A DNA stretch of 36,341 nucleotides from a virus. Taxonomy: Duplodnaviria > Caudoviricetes. Of the stretch, positions 17,801-27,499 are shown piece after piece. Within the stretch, counting starts at the first letter, position 1. Every line of letters begins with the position of its first letter. The translations under genes and the position numbers were made by a program. The stretch is taken from positions 1 through 36,341 of the IMG/VR virus record IMGVR_UViG_3300020711_000021; one strand, 5' to 3'. The notes beneath the pieces are model-generated. The model was not told the DNA's origin. It ran no database searches and saw only the letters and a program-made list of their open reading frames with translations.

Positions 17801-18475
17801 CTTATCAAATATTTTGATAACTCTTTATTTAAAATGATCCAAGATTGGGTTCCTGCCCATACGGATCTAGCATCAGGTATTGTTATAAAACAACATTTAC
17901 TTGAAAGAAACAAATACCCAGTACCACAACTAACACAATCTCAATATTACTATACAGGCTCTATTGGTAGTTATCCATCATCATCTAATGATCAAAGAAT
18001 ATTTATATCATCAACTGATTATCAATCTTTCCCAATAGAAAAAATAAGTGGTAGCTCAGCAGGTGTAATGCCTGAATTTAATGGTACAGCATCAGTAAAT
18101 TTATATGTTAATATAACTCAAAGTTTCACTGGTTCAACACCTAGCTTATTAGGAGATGTAAATTTTATTCATACATCACAAGATGAATTTTTCAATGGTG
18201 AATTAAGTGGTTCTATAGTAACAGCTGAAGATGGAAATTTAACACCTATAGCTAATAGAGTTTATTTACATGCTAGTACAGTTGAAACACCTTATGAAAT
18301 TATATTTTACAAATCTACTAACTTAGGTGGATCAGGAAATGCACAAACAATATTTTTAAATGCAAATACAGCACCAGGAGATGGTGAAATGTATATTTAT
18401 TGGGATTCAGGCAGTTATTACAGTCCAATACCTCATTATAATCCTGCTAATGTTGCTAATGCTTATCACCCTTAA
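14825..18475 (+). CDS. Large baseplate/tail protein (gp7 / P2 gpI-like motif, possible LamG-like domain)
   Basis: 1216 aa; LPYLLKKKGTVEGLRALITLYGI motif; FSGSYQEIRYYNVPLS resembles a LamG C-terminus. Confidence 0.65.
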   Translation: MAEIVNIQQLNPTTFELQEYSVQDISLIPITDTFDTFDPTVDHIEYFIFDLNGNTLYSNVVGYPNFSLINNNVVIDPENDLKSQGYTEGNYNTLYNFLKNRVSSSPTFKYYIQQISTDRTEVRLNTTSISNTNVIAGATDFINYRASSSIFIDFYLDFGNNNLVIANNILLDTTNPDNATVLIKLYEPLPAQFDTNSQCWVVETIAVPRAYNINIYQTFDILNNNIPLKGPNLNIAVKDQINNSTNFLNYNSLTSNTSSLGTGSLQYQINSLLAEKGIEINIDYSDYSQFVFFSSAQTRLENFYYKLSLLEQYQYSASISGPSIINTYTSASNTIWLNKINDIITNFDSYEYYLYFESGSTSWPKTNSTYPYTNAGANSTPGLAFLASQSIVAENYDTLNVNTLINAIPSYLTDDPNNSQFELFVEMIGQNFDSIWVYIKDITNKYNADNRLNYGISKDLIADVLRDLGIKIYQNNFSVNDLYSAFLGITPSGSLFNLPYTTGSLPTLTGYEYINTYITASATGSSTPTYDINAETYKRIYHNLPYLLKKKGTVEGLRALITLYGIPDTILRINEFGGKDKNPNTWDYWQDEYNYAFNTSRTSKIFTPFTASSTQFGSGFPQALEFRFQTPGLPTSSIPYSQSLVQHNNGTFNIVLEYTGSGYTSGSYNGSTIDPYYQYANLKLISGSLSASVYLPFYNGGWWSVLANYNPNSNTYTLYAKNKQYEGWDGNIIGFQASSSFTGISSWNSGGQLIFGTGSVIGPKTYTAFSGSYQEIRYYNVPLSESAFNSYVMNSNSVEGNQTQGSQSSKNSLIFRISLGGELYTGSNSIHPASTGSTPTTQSFAIQPYTASFTNALFIPNVEYNYYNQVPAGIQNAISDKIQNKNILLPLTSSQANIPNNTVLSPFISIQQSYYASSSYTNNIDYVEVAFSPQNEINDDINDSLGYFNIGEYIGDPRQVSSSDTSYSDLNALRDLYFQKYTGNYNIWDYIRLIKYFDNSLFKMIQDWVPAHTDLASGIVIKQHLLERNKYPVPQLTQSQYYYTGSIGSYPSSSNDQRIFISSTDYQSFPIEKISGSSAGVMPEFNGTASVNLYVNITQSFTGSTPSLLGDVNFIHTSQDEFFNGELSGSIVTAEDGNLTPIANRVYLHASTVETPYEIIFYKSTNLGGSGNAQTIFLNANTAPGDGEMYIYWDSGSYYSPIPHYNPANVANAYHP

Positions 18476-18485
18476 AATTTAAAAA

Positions 18486-20570
18486 ATGGCAAATACACCA
18501 TCATATACACAAGGAGTTAAATACATTAAAATATCTAAAAAAGATGCTAATGGAAATGATCAAACAAATGAATTACAAAATTTAAATGATATTAGAGTAT
18601 TATTTGATGATATAATATCTCCTGTTGATTATTTTATAGCTTCAATAAACGAATACCCATCATACTATTTATATGTTGTTGCTCCAACAAATGTTACTTC
18701 ATCTGTTGATGATGAAATTTTAAATTATCAAGTTTCTGCTAGTTCAAATACTTTAGATTCTTCTACTGGAAATGTTATATCTTATTCTGTAATATCTAAT
18801 CCTACAAATTATTTTACAGCATCTTCGGGTTATTGGACTTTAGGAAATACACCAAATATTTCTCCTTTAAACATAACTTGTTCTATAAGTTTTAGTGTAA
18901 CTCCAGGTTTTGGAAGTTCATTTGCTGGAGGTTCTATCATTGCTTCTCTTAATTTACATCAAATAACAAACGGAATAGATACTGTATTAAACTCTTCTAC
19001 AGTAGGTATATCCCTAAACCCTTACCCAGGAGCAACTGCTGGACCTTATACTTTAAGTTTAAGTTCATCTTTATATCCTGTTGAAAATTCATCATATTAT
19101 TTATCTTTTACTCCTACTCCAAATAGTTTAAATACATTTACTAGTAATTGTTACATATATAGTGTAAATAATTCTCAATTTCAAGTAACACAATCTATCG
19201 CTCCCTATGCTTCACCAAACAATAATTTGGTAGTATTAGAACCTTATATTGATGGTCAATTTGAAGGAAGTGATGCTAATGTTTTACAAAACAATGTAGA
19301 TACTAACCAAATAGACGCGTTGTATATGGAAGTGGATTACACTAATGGTTCCATAATAGCTGAAAATAAAAATGCTATTTTAAATGGAACTGCTCCTAGA
19401 GCCCAAATACAACAATGGAATTATACTTATGATTCTCATATAAGAGGAAGATATATTGGTAAAGAACAAAATGCTTTAGCAATTAATACTTACTCTAAAT
19501 CAGGTAGTTATATTACTCCATTTGGATTCTCAGGATCATGGCCTGGTGATACAACATCTCCATCAGTAAATGGTAGTGTTGTTATTGAACAATTAGACAG
19601 TTGTATTTACGAAATAAATTGGGGAGGTGGAGGTTATCCTGAAAATTCAAATGGTGGTGGATTTAGTTTAAACAATATTCTTTTAGTAGGATCTAATAAA
19701 GATGATGTAAATGTAATATCACCGGATAATCCTTTATATTATGATACTATAACTAAAAATCTTCCTTATCTTTCTCAACTTTTAGTTAGACAATATAATC
19801 CAACTTCAAATTCTGCATTAACTGTTACTTCACTTTATCCTGGTATTAGTTTAAACGATGCTGTTTATTGGATACCTTCTGATTATTCTGAAAATTCAGC
19901 ATATACAGGCTATTTTTACCCAACGGGGTCTGGGTCAATTGTTAATCAACCTCTTATCCAATTATATTCTACAGGAAGTGGAAGTGGTGGAAATCATAAT
20001 TTTATACCTCCCGGAACTAGAATTAATGGAGTACAACAAATAGTTCGTCCATATTATCCTATGGATCAAGCTATGATTACTATAAGTAGTAGTTTATCCC
20101 CTAGTAATCCGTGGTTTGCTAGTTTATATTATGGAAGTGGAAGCATAGGAGCTTCAGGAAGTATACCTGGATTAGGAGAAATAGCTAGTGGAAGTTCTAC
20201 ATATCAAATGGGTTATCCTTTTGAAATAACTTCTATCCAATATGATCCTACTGTTATAGGTCCTAGTAGTCAATCAAAGGCATGGAATATTTTTATAAAA
20301 AATACAAATCCTAATTTATTTACTAATTTATCATCTATTAATCCTATAGGAACTAATGGTGCTACTAATGTTTATCAACTTGGTTTAATACTTACTAATG
20401 GAAATAACCCAAATACTTCTATTGTAGTTTATATACCTTCACCTCAAGGTGCATGGAATCAATTTAGTGGTATAGGAACAGGTTATATAACAACACAATA
20501 CCCAACAGAAACAATTCAACAGAACATAAATTATATTACTAAAAAATATGGTAATAATCCAAACCCTTAA
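18486..20570 (+). CDS. Putative tail/baseplate structural protein
   Basis: 694 aa, S/T/N/G-rich beta composition, module context. Confidence 0.55.
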   Translation: MANTPSYTQGVKYIKISKKDANGNDQTNELQNLNDIRVLFDDIISPVDYFIASINEYPSYYLYVVAPTNVTSSVDDEILNYQVSASSNTLDSSTGNVISYSVISNPTNYFTASSGYWTLGNTPNISPLNITCSISFSVTPGFGSSFAGGSIIASLNLHQITNGIDTVLNSSTVGISLNPYPGATAGPYTLSLSSSLYPVENSSYYLSFTPTPNSLNTFTSNCYIYSVNNSQFQVTQSIAPYASPNNNLVVLEPYIDGQFEGSDANVLQNNVDTNQIDALYMEVDYTNGSIIAENKNAILNGTAPRAQIQQWNYTYDSHIRGRYIGKEQNALAINTYSKSGSYITPFGFSGSWPGDTTSPSVNGSVVIEQLDSCIYEINWGGGGYPENSNGGGFSLNNILLVGSNKDDVNVISPDNPLYYDTITKNLPYLSQLLVRQYNPTSNSALTVTSLYPGISLNDAVYWIPSDYSENSAYTGYFYPTGSGSIVNQPLIQLYSTGSGSGGNHNFIPPGTRINGVQQIVRPYYPMDQAMITISSSLSPSNPWFASLYYGSGSIGASGSIPGLGEIASGSSTYQMGYPFEITSIQYDPTVIGPSSQSKAWNIFIKNTNPNLFTNLSSINPIGTNGATNVYQLGLILTNGNNPNTSIVVYIPSPQGAWNQFSGIGTGYITTQYPTETIQQNINYITKKYGNNPNP

Positions 20571-20618
20571 TTAAAAAATTAAATTCTTTATATATTTATA
20601 ATAAAAATACACTAAAAA

Positions 20619-21278
20619 ATGGGATATTTAAATAACTCAATTGTAACAGTTGACGCAATATTAACAACAAAAGGTCGCCAATTGTTAGCTGCAAACAACG
20701 GTACGTTTCTTATTACACAATTCGCTTTAGCTGACGATGAAATTGATTATACTTTATATAATCCAAACCACCCATCAGGTTCTGCTTATTATGGTGAAGC
20801 TATTGAAAACATGCCTTTACTTGAAGCTTTTCCTCAAGAAACACAAACAATGAAATATAAGTTAATTACTTTACCTCGTGGTACAGCTTTATTACCTATA
20901 TTAAATTTAGGATACCCATCTATTACACTTAAACAAGGTCAAACTTTAGCTATTACTCCTCAAACATTAAATTATTTAGGTGGTACTACTTATGAAACAA
21001 GTGGTTATACAGCAACTATAGCGGATGTTAGAACAATGTCTACTTTCCAAGGTGTTGGTATTAATACACCACAAGCAACTGCTTTAAATCAAAACTCAAC
21101 TACAACTTATGGTACTAGCGTATCAACTACAGTAGTAGGTACTACAATTAATTTAACAGCAACAACCATAAACACACTATTTGGTTCAAATTCATCTTTA
21201 TACACTACATTAACAGTAATAGGAAATGATAGTGGAGCTAGAATACAAGTACCAGTAACTATAACAAAAGTTCCTTAA
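20619..21278 (+). CDS. Tail/baseplate protein resembling the N-terminal half of a tail-collar fibre (DUF3751-like) domain
   Basis: AILTTKGRQLLA...ITQFALADDEIDY motif. Confidence 0.55.
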   Translation: MGYLNNSIVTVDAILTTKGRQLLAANNGTFLITQFALADDEIDYTLYNPNHPSGSAYYGEAIENMPLLEAFPQETQTMKYKLITLPRGTALLPILNLGYPSITLKQGQTLAITPQTLNYLGGTTYETSGYTATIADVRTMSTFQGVGINTPQATALNQNSTTTYGTSVSTTVVGTTINLTATTINTLFGSNSSLYTTLTVIGNDSGARIQVPVTITKVP

Positions 21279-21303
21279 TATTAAAATAAAAATAACTTAA
21301 AAT

Positions 21304-22344
21304 ATGTCATTTACAAGACTTAACCCTACAGATTTTGTAGTAAGTTCAGATGCAATATCAGCTACCTTATGGTCAGATGGTGCTCCAACATTAGCAACAT
21401 TTTATACATCTTCAACTCAAGAAGCCGGATCTTCAGGTAACTATTATTTAAATATATACCAAACATCATCCACAAACTCCAACGCAGCTATTCAATTTGC
21501 TTTAGCTTATGGTAATAATGCAGGTAGTGGTAGTAAAAATTATAATTTAGCGGTAGATGGTTATTCACCAACTTCTACAATATATGGACAATGGCAAGAC
21601 TTAGTAATAGGTAATTCTAATACCAATTTTACTTTTGGTAACATTGCTTCTTCTGAATTTTTTGTAATATCAGTTGACAGAACAAGATATAAAGAATCAT
21701 TATTTTTAGGTTCATTAGCTTTAACATTATCAGGAAGTTTAGGTTCTATTACATTAACTGATAATAGTAATTATGTATCTGCTGTTCAATATAATGAAGC
21801 AGGTAGAGTATTTCAACTTATTACAGGTTCTCAAGGTGTAAAAGCTAATATTACTTCAAGAAACACATCTGATGGATATTCAGTACACTCTGGTTCTTAT
21901 GGTTGGTTATTACCTGATATTGGTGCTATTATATTAAATCCATTAGCGTTAGCTGACTTTGCTGTTAGTGGTGGTATTGGATTAATATACAGTGGTTCAG
22001 CTTCAGGTTCATCAACTCCTGTTACTTCACCAAATAGAAGTATGTTCCAAGCTATAAGTGGTTCAGGTAATTTTGCACTAAATAGTCAAGAAACAATTAC
22101 TTCTGATTATATATTTGTAAGAGCACAAAATGCTGCTTTCAACTATTCAGAAAACCCATCTTATATATCAGGTTCAACAGGCGCAGTATTATACCCTTAT
22201 TTTATAAACAATCCTCAAACATATATTACAACTGTAGGACTTTATAATGATACGCAAGATTTATTAGCTGTAGCTAAATTATCAAGACCATTATTAAAGA
22301 ATTTTACTAAAGAAGCACTTGTAAGGATTAAACTCGATTTTTGA
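21304..22344 (+). CDS. Tail/baseplate protein with DUF3751-like C-terminus
   Basis: YITTVGLYNDTQDLLAVAKLSRPLLK...RIKLDF. Confidence 0.6.
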   Translation: MSFTRLNPTDFVVSSDAISATLWSDGAPTLATFYTSSTQEAGSSGNYYLNIYQTSSTNSNAAIQFALAYGNNAGSGSKNYNLAVDGYSPTSTIYGQWQDLVIGNSNTNFTFGNIASSEFFVISVDRTRYKESLFLGSLALTLSGSLGSITLTDNSNYVSAVQYNEAGRVFQLITGSQGVKANITSRNTSDGYSVHSGSYGWLLPDIGAIILNPLALADFAVSGGIGLIYSGSASGSSTPVTSPNRSMFQAISGSGNFALNSQETITSDYIFVRAQNAAFNYSENPSYISGSTGAVLYPYFINNPQTYITTVGLYNDTQDLLAVAKLSRPLLKNFTKEALVRIKLDF

Positions 22345-22370
22345 CGATTATGGGTATTTTTGCTAGATAA

Positions 22371-22583
22371 TCTAATATTTTATTAGAGGTTAATGGGGAT
22401 TATTAGTATGGTGGGCCTAATTTAGATAAACATTTCTATAAGTTAGATGAAGTTAAGAAAAACGATGGTTTTAAACAGTCTTTTGCTGAATCTAGCGGGT
22501 TTGTTTCAATAAGGGTATGGGAGAGTGAAATATACAATAACCCCGACATAATTCTCCAAAGACTTAATATTTATATAAAATGA
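22371..22583 (+). pseudogene. Decayed Vsr/DUF559-like PD-(D/E)XK (homing) endonuclease fragment
   Basis: Hand translation SNILLEVNGDY*YGGP...NDGFKQSFAESSGFVSIRVWESEIY matches the IEVDGDYWH...IRIWESE pattern; TAG at 22404 in place of Trp; no start codon. Confidence 0.75.
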
Positions 22584-22587
22584 ATAA

Positions 22588-23586
22588 ATGCTTGTATTCA
22601 AACAATTTTTAGCATCTGATGTGGTAATAACACCATTTGAGGTAAACAAAAGTTTTACCTTTAGTGGTAGTCAACTAACTAACTCTAATGTAGAAATAGA
22701 TAGATTTTTAGGAAGAAATTTACAATCAAATCCATTTATATCTGGTTCTAATCCAACAACAGGCTATATATCAATCCAAGATCAAGAATTAATATATAAT
22801 TCTATTAAACAATTATATTATTCAAATTACTTGAGTTCTAGTTATGGAGATACTTTAAACACATCAAGTATAGTACCTGGTTCTAACCCATCAGGAAACG
22901 TACTAGTAGGAACATCACCATCACCTGGTTTATATGATAATTATTTACAAACTACATTAACTTTTGCTAAATATTTTCCAACAGGTTCAAATGATATTCA
23001 AATAGACTCTATAGGAGTAATATCTATCCCTTCAAGACTATACGGAAATTATATCCAACCCAACTCATTTATAGCTACTTCAGTTAGTGGAACAATATAT
23101 GATGATGGTGAAGGAAATATATTATTACAATCTAATAATAGTATAGTAGGAAACATATTTTACCCACATGGTATAATAACTATACTTGGAAACCCATCTA
23201 TTATATTTAATACTTTAGGATACGGTTATGGAAAATACGGAAATGCTTCTTATGGAAGTACAAGTTTTGATAATTATGCCTTAATAGATTCTTTTATTAA
23301 CAACCCAGTTACTTGCTCATTTTCATCTTCACTTACATTATATGAAACACAATATAAATGTACTGTTAGAGAAAATGAATTTACTTATACTTTAAATCCA
23401 AGTATATTAGCGAATAATAGTGGTTCTATACTTAGTTTTGCGACAGCGTCATATTTTAGCCCTTATGTTACTACAGTGGGTTTATATGATGAAAATCAAA
23501 ATTTACTCGCTGTAGGTAAACTAGCTCAACCTTTACCAACTTCCCCAACCACAGATACAACAATATTAATAAATATAGATATGTAA
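22588..23586 (+). CDS. Tail/baseplate protein, paralogous C-terminus to 21304-22344
   Basis: YVTTVGLYDENQNLLAVGKLAQPLP...INIDM. Confidence 0.6.
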   Translation: MLVFKQFLASDVVITPFEVNKSFTFSGSQLTNSNVEIDRFLGRNLQSNPFISGSNPTTGYISIQDQELIYNSIKQLYYSNYLSSSYGDTLNTSSIVPGSNPSGNVLVGTSPSPGLYDNYLQTTLTFAKYFPTGSNDIQIDSIGVISIPSRLYGNYIQPNSFIATSVSGTIYDDGEGNILLQSNNSIVGNIFYPHGIITILGNPSIIFNTLGYGYGKYGNASYGSTSFDNYALIDSFINNPVTCSFSSSLTLYETQYKCTVRENEFTYTLNPSILANNSGSILSFATASYFSPYVTTVGLYDENQNLLAVGKLAQPLPTSPTTDTTILINIDM

Positions 23587-23587
23587 T

Positions 23588-23893
23588 ATGATTAAATTAT
23601 TTCAAATATTATCTGAAATTAATATTAATAAACCAATTAAAAAGCGTTTTAATGCTTATCATACAAATCTTAAAACAGCAGGTGGTTTTAAAGAATATTG
23701 GGTAGATTGTTTAGATTTTCCAAATTTTGACTCACTTGGTTTTTATGGAGTTTTAGATGGTAATAATATGGTGAGTAATTATAATCCCACATTATCTATT
23801 TTTTTAGATAATGATAAAATAGAATATGAAAAATTTACAGAAGATAATAAAGAACATATAGCAATTCCTATTAGATATTTTAATTTAAAATAA
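23588..23893 (+). CDS. Hypothetical protein with MIKL..ILSE leader
   Basis: 101-aa ORF. Confidence 0.7.
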   Translation: MIKLFQILSEININKPIKKRFNAYHTNLKTAGGFKEYWVDCLDFPNFDSLGFYGVLDGNNMVSNYNPTLSIFLDNDKIEYEKFTEDNKEHIAIPIRYFNLK

Positions 23894-23897
23894 TATT

Positions 23898-24359
23898 ATG
23901 TTACAAGTTATGAAAGCAACTCTTGTTGAAGATCTAATTAACGATCCAAATTTCAACATAGACGATTATTATGGTTATGTTTATATGACAACCAATTTAG
24001 AAAATGGTCGCCAGTATATAGGCAAAAAAATATTTAAACACACCACAAACCAAAAATTAGGTAAAAAAGAAATAGCTGCCTTACCTACACAACGTGGTAG
24101 AACTCCATCTAAAAAGAAAATAGTTAAAGAATCTGACTGGAAAACATACTATGGTTCAGCAGATGAAGTTAAACAATGGGCTAAAACAACGCCAAAAGAT
24201 AAATTACTTCGTACAGTTATACGTTTATGTAAATCGTCGAAGGAATTAACCTATTATGAGACTAAATGCCTATTTCAATACAATGTGTTGGAAGACAGTA
24301 AACATTGGGTTAACAGCAATATTTTAGGAAAATTTTTCCCTAAAGATTTGGCTCTTTAA
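23898..24359 (+). CDS. GIY-YIG family endonuclease
   Basis: YGYVYMTTNLENGRQYIGKK, WKTYYGS, conserved late E and N residues. Confidence 0.8.
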   Translation: MLQVMKATLVEDLINDPNFNIDDYYGYVYMTTNLENGRQYIGKKIFKHTTNQKLGKKEIAALPTQRGRTPSKKKIVKESDWKTYYGSADEVKQWAKTTPKDKLLRTVIRLCKSSKELTYYETKCLFQYNVLEDSKHWVNSNILGKFFPKDLAL

Positions 24360-24378
24360 GAATAAAATCGTATATTTA
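24347..24378 (+). promoter_or_regulatory. Promoter TTTGG-N19-TATATTTA upstream of primase
   Basis: Motif match, 19-nt spacer. Confidence 0.7.
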
Positions 24379-24382
24379 AGTT

Positions 24383-25318
24383 ATGATTAATCAAGCTTTA
24401 GTAGCGATTACTAATTCTATACTAGGTACTGGAAAAGCAACATCAAAAGGCAACTATGCTTATGTATGCCCATTCCATACATCTAACCCTCCAGGAAAGA
24501 AAAATTTTGAGATTAATTTTACTAAAAATACTAAAGGTGAAAACCCATGGCATTGTTGGGGTTGTAACGCTAAAGGTAAAAAACTAGCTCAATTATTTAA
24601 ATTAATGGGTGTTCCCCAAGAAAAAATACTTGAACTTAAACCATATTTAAAAACAGATGGAATAGAAAAAATTATTCCTACACAAAATGAAAAATTAAGT
24701 TTACCTAAAGAATTTATATCTCTTATAAATCCCTCTTTATCTATAATGGCTAAACATGCTTTAAACTATATTAAAAAACGAGGCATAACCTCAGAAGATA
24801 TTATAAAATATAACTTAGGATATTGTGAAGAAGGTAAATATATGAATCATATTATAGTACCATCTTATGATGAAAATGGCACTCTAAATTATTTTACCGC
24901 ACGCAGTTTTGAAAAAGATAATAAATCTAAAAAGAATCCATCCGTATCACGTGATATTATTCCATTTGGTTTTTTTATAAATTGGGATTTACCTTTAATA
25001 TTATGTGAAGGTCCATTTGATGCTATGGCTATAAAACGTAATGCTATACCATTGTTAGGAAAAAATATACAATCTAATTTAATGAAAAAAATTGTTATGT
25101 CATCTGTATCTAAAATTTATATAGCTTTAGATAGAGATGCTCAAAAACAAGCATTAGGTTTCTGTGAAAAATTAATGAATGAAGGTAAAGAAGTATATTT
25201 AGTCGACATGGATGATAAAGATCCATCTGAAATGGGATTTAAAAATTTTACTAATCTTATTCAAAATACAACCCCATTAACGTTTTCAAATTTATTAAGT
25301 AAAAAATTCGCAATATGA
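24383..25318 (+). CDS. DNA primase (CHC2 zinc finger plus TOPRIM)
   Basis: CPFH...WHCWGC; LILCEGPFDA; IALDRDA; KDPSE. Confidence 0.92.
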   Translation: MINQALVAITNSILGTGKATSKGNYAYVCPFHTSNPPGKKNFEINFTKNTKGENPWHCWGCNAKGKKLAQLFKLMGVPQEKILELKPYLKTDGIEKIIPTQNEKLSLPKEFISLINPSLSIMAKHALNYIKKRGITSEDIIKYNLGYCEEGKYMNHIIVPSYDENGTLNYFTARSFEKDNKSKKNPSVSRDIIPFGFFINWDLPLILCEGPFDAMAIKRNAIPLLGKNIQSNLMKKIVMSSVSKIYIALDRDAQKQALGFCEKLMNEGKEVYLVDMDDKDPSEMGFKNFTNLIQNTTPLTFSNLLSKKFAI

Positions 25319-26097
25319 TAGAAAAAAACTCAAACATTATCCGTGATCCTAAAATTAAACGTATAGTAGAATATAGCGCTGATAATAAACAAATAAATGT
25401 ATTAGACCAACGATTTTATAGACGAAATGAAAAATACTATCCTTCTGTGTCAAGTATTTTAAATTATTTCCCTAAAAATCAATTTTTCCACAGTTGGTTA
25501 AAAGATGTAGGTCATAATAGTGATATTATAGCTCAAAAAGCAGCATGGGAAGGTACTCAAGTGCATAATACTGTTGAAAAATTTTTAAATGGTGAAGAAA
25601 TAAATTGGGTAGACCAAGAAGGAACAGTACTATTTAATCTAGATGTATGGAAAATGATATTAAAATTCGCTGAATTTTGGAATAAATATAAACCTGAATT
25701 AGTAGCAGCAGAATACCATTTATTTTCAGACCAATATGAATACGCGGGCACTGCTGACTTAATTGTAAGATTTAACAATAAATTATGGTTACTTGATATA
25801 AAAACATCAAATACTTTACATACATCATATGATTTACAATTAGCTTCATATGCTAAAGCGTGGAATGAAACACATAATGAACCAATTGAAGAAACAGGAA
25901 TTATATGGCTTAAAGCAGCTACACGTGGACCTGCTAAAGATAAAATACAAGGTAGTGGGTGGCAATTAAAAAATATTGGAAATATTGATAATAATTTCGC
26001 AATGTTTACTAAAATATACGATATCTACAAATTAGAAAACCCAGACTCTAAACCTCATACTGAAACCTTACCTACATCTATTAAATTAGAATATTAA
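25315..26097 (+). CDS. PD-(D/E)XK exonuclease (RecB/Cas4-like superfamily)
   Basis: YPSVSSIL, GTQVH, AGTADL, LLDIKTS, QLASYA. Confidence 0.87.
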   Translation: MIEKNSNIIRDPKIKRIVEYSADNKQINVLDQRFYRRNEKYYPSVSSILNYFPKNQFFHSWLKDVGHNSDIIAQKAAWEGTQVHNTVEKFLNGEEINWVDQEGTVLFNLDVWKMILKFAEFWNKYKPELVAAEYHLFSDQYEYAGTADLIVRFNNKLWLLDIKTSNTLHTSYDLQLASYAKAWNETHNEPIEETGIIWLKAATRGPAKDKIQGSGWQLKNIGNIDNNFAMFTKIYDIYKLENPDSKPHTETLPTSIKLEY

Positions 26098-26141
26098 TTT
26101 ACTTGTTTTTTTAATATTTATATGCAACATAAAACATATAT

Positions 26142-26519
26142 ATGAAAACTCCAACATTAAAACAAATTATTAAAGAAGAAATTCAAAACGTATTAATAGA
26201 AAGTAAAGTTGAAGAAGAAAGTAACGATAAAACAGTCGATGAAATCGGTAAATTCTTCGTTGTTAAAAAACCAAAATCTAATATGACTAAAGATGATATG
26301 GTATATGAAGCTACTGTTTTTCATCCAATAGACGAAGCTGAAACTGTAGGTGTATATAAAAATAGATCTGAAGCTAATAGAATGGCTACTACTAAATTAA
26401 AAGAGTATGAAGAACGCCTTAAAGAAATCAGATCTCATATGGATGAGTATAGAAAGGCTAAAAAAGAAATCGACGAAAAGAAAAATAAAGCCAAAGATTT
26501 AATACAGAAAGCTAGATAG
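26142..26519 (+). CDS. Hypothetical protein with LKQIIKEEI leader
   Basis: 125 aa, charged; preceded by ATATTTATA. Confidence 0.7.
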   Translation: MKTPTLKQIIKEEIQNVLIESKVEEESNDKTVDEIGKFFVVKKPKSNMTKDDMVYEATVFHPIDEAETVGVYKNRSEANRMATTKLKEYEERLKEIRSHMDEYRKAKKEIDEKKNKAKDLIQKAR

Positions 26520-26520
26520 T

Positions 26521-27084
26521 ATGGATCCACTAACTAAAGAATTAGTAAAATATATTCTTGAAGTTGATGAATCACCTGAATTTGTTTGCTCTAAGTGTGG
26601 ATGGAAAGGGTATGATAATAATCACATATGTCAAGAACTAGATGAAGAATCCGACCCAGACCCTAATGTAAATAACGATAACATTCCGGGATGGGATTTT
26701 AAACGTTATATGAAATCATTTATAGAATATTGTGTTGAACAAGGAATGAATATTCGCCCATTACCTCGTTTAAATATAATTGGAGATGATTTTGATAATG
26801 CTTCTAAAATATTAGGAATGACAGGTTATTATGATCCTGCTGCTAAAACAGTAACACTTTTTACAGCTGAACGTCATCCTAAAGATGTATTACGTACATT
26901 TGCCCATGAATTAGTACACCATGAACAAAATATAGAAAATAGATTACATTCAACACCAGGAACCGATACTACTAAAGATCCTAAATTATCTGCGGTAGAA
27001 GATGAGGCTTATTTAAAAGGAAATCGTATCTTTAGGCATTGGGAAGATCAACTAAAAGAAAAAAATAAAAAACATGGCATTTAA
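26521..27084 (+). CDS. Zincin-like metallopeptidase (HExxH) with N-terminal Zn knuckle
   Basis: TGYYDP, RTFAHELVHHEQ, EDEAY; CSKC..H.C. Confidence 0.7.
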   Translation: MDPLTKELVKYILEVDESPEFVCSKCGWKGYDNNHICQELDEESDPDPNVNNDNIPGWDFKRYMKSFIEYCVEQGMNIRPLPRLNIIGDDFDNASKILGMTGYYDPAAKTVTLFTAERHPKDVLRTFAHELVHHEQNIENRLHSTPGTDTTKDPKLSAVEDEAYLKGNRIFRHWEDQLKEKNKKHGI

Positions 27085-27499
27085 AAGACTCATAGCAAAT
27101 TCTGAAGGAGAATTAAAAGATATTCTTGAAGATGTTAAAAAGTGGTTTGAAACTACAAAAGATTTTACAAATGAATTTACAATTGAAAAACGTAAATTTT
27201 TAGATTCTGAAACTAAACAAATAGTTGAGAAAAATATAGATGTAATAAAGGTTACTGATAATAGGAATGATAAAAAAACAACAATAAAATTTATTCCACT
27301 TCTTGAAAAAGAAGAAATAAAAATTGAAATTACAGGCGGAAACGAGAATGTATTAACTAGTAAAATAGTAAATCAAATTAAAGGTAGAGGTGTTTTAAAA
27401 GGTTATACTAAAGATACTAAAGTACCTATGAAAGAACATATAATAAAAAAATCTGAAGTTAAAAAAATAATTAAAGAAGAAATAAAGAAATTAATATGA
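27074..27499 (+). CDS. Hypothetical protein
   Basis: 141 aa; ends KKSEVKKIIKEEIKKLI. Confidence 0.65.
   Translation: MAFKRLIANSEGELKDILEDVKKWFETTKDFTNEFTIEKRKFLDSETKQIVEKNIDVIKVTDNRNDKKTTIKFIPLLEKEEIKIEITGGNENVLTSKIVNQIKGRGVLKGYTKDTKVPMKEHIIKKSEVKKIIKEEIKKLI

Noticed and set aside
22404-22406. In-frame TAG as evidence of stop-codon recoding
   Set aside because: Other genes are intact in code 11, TAG terminates genes at 26519 and 27831, no CUA-anticodon tRNA is in the window, and neighbouring residues are also decayed
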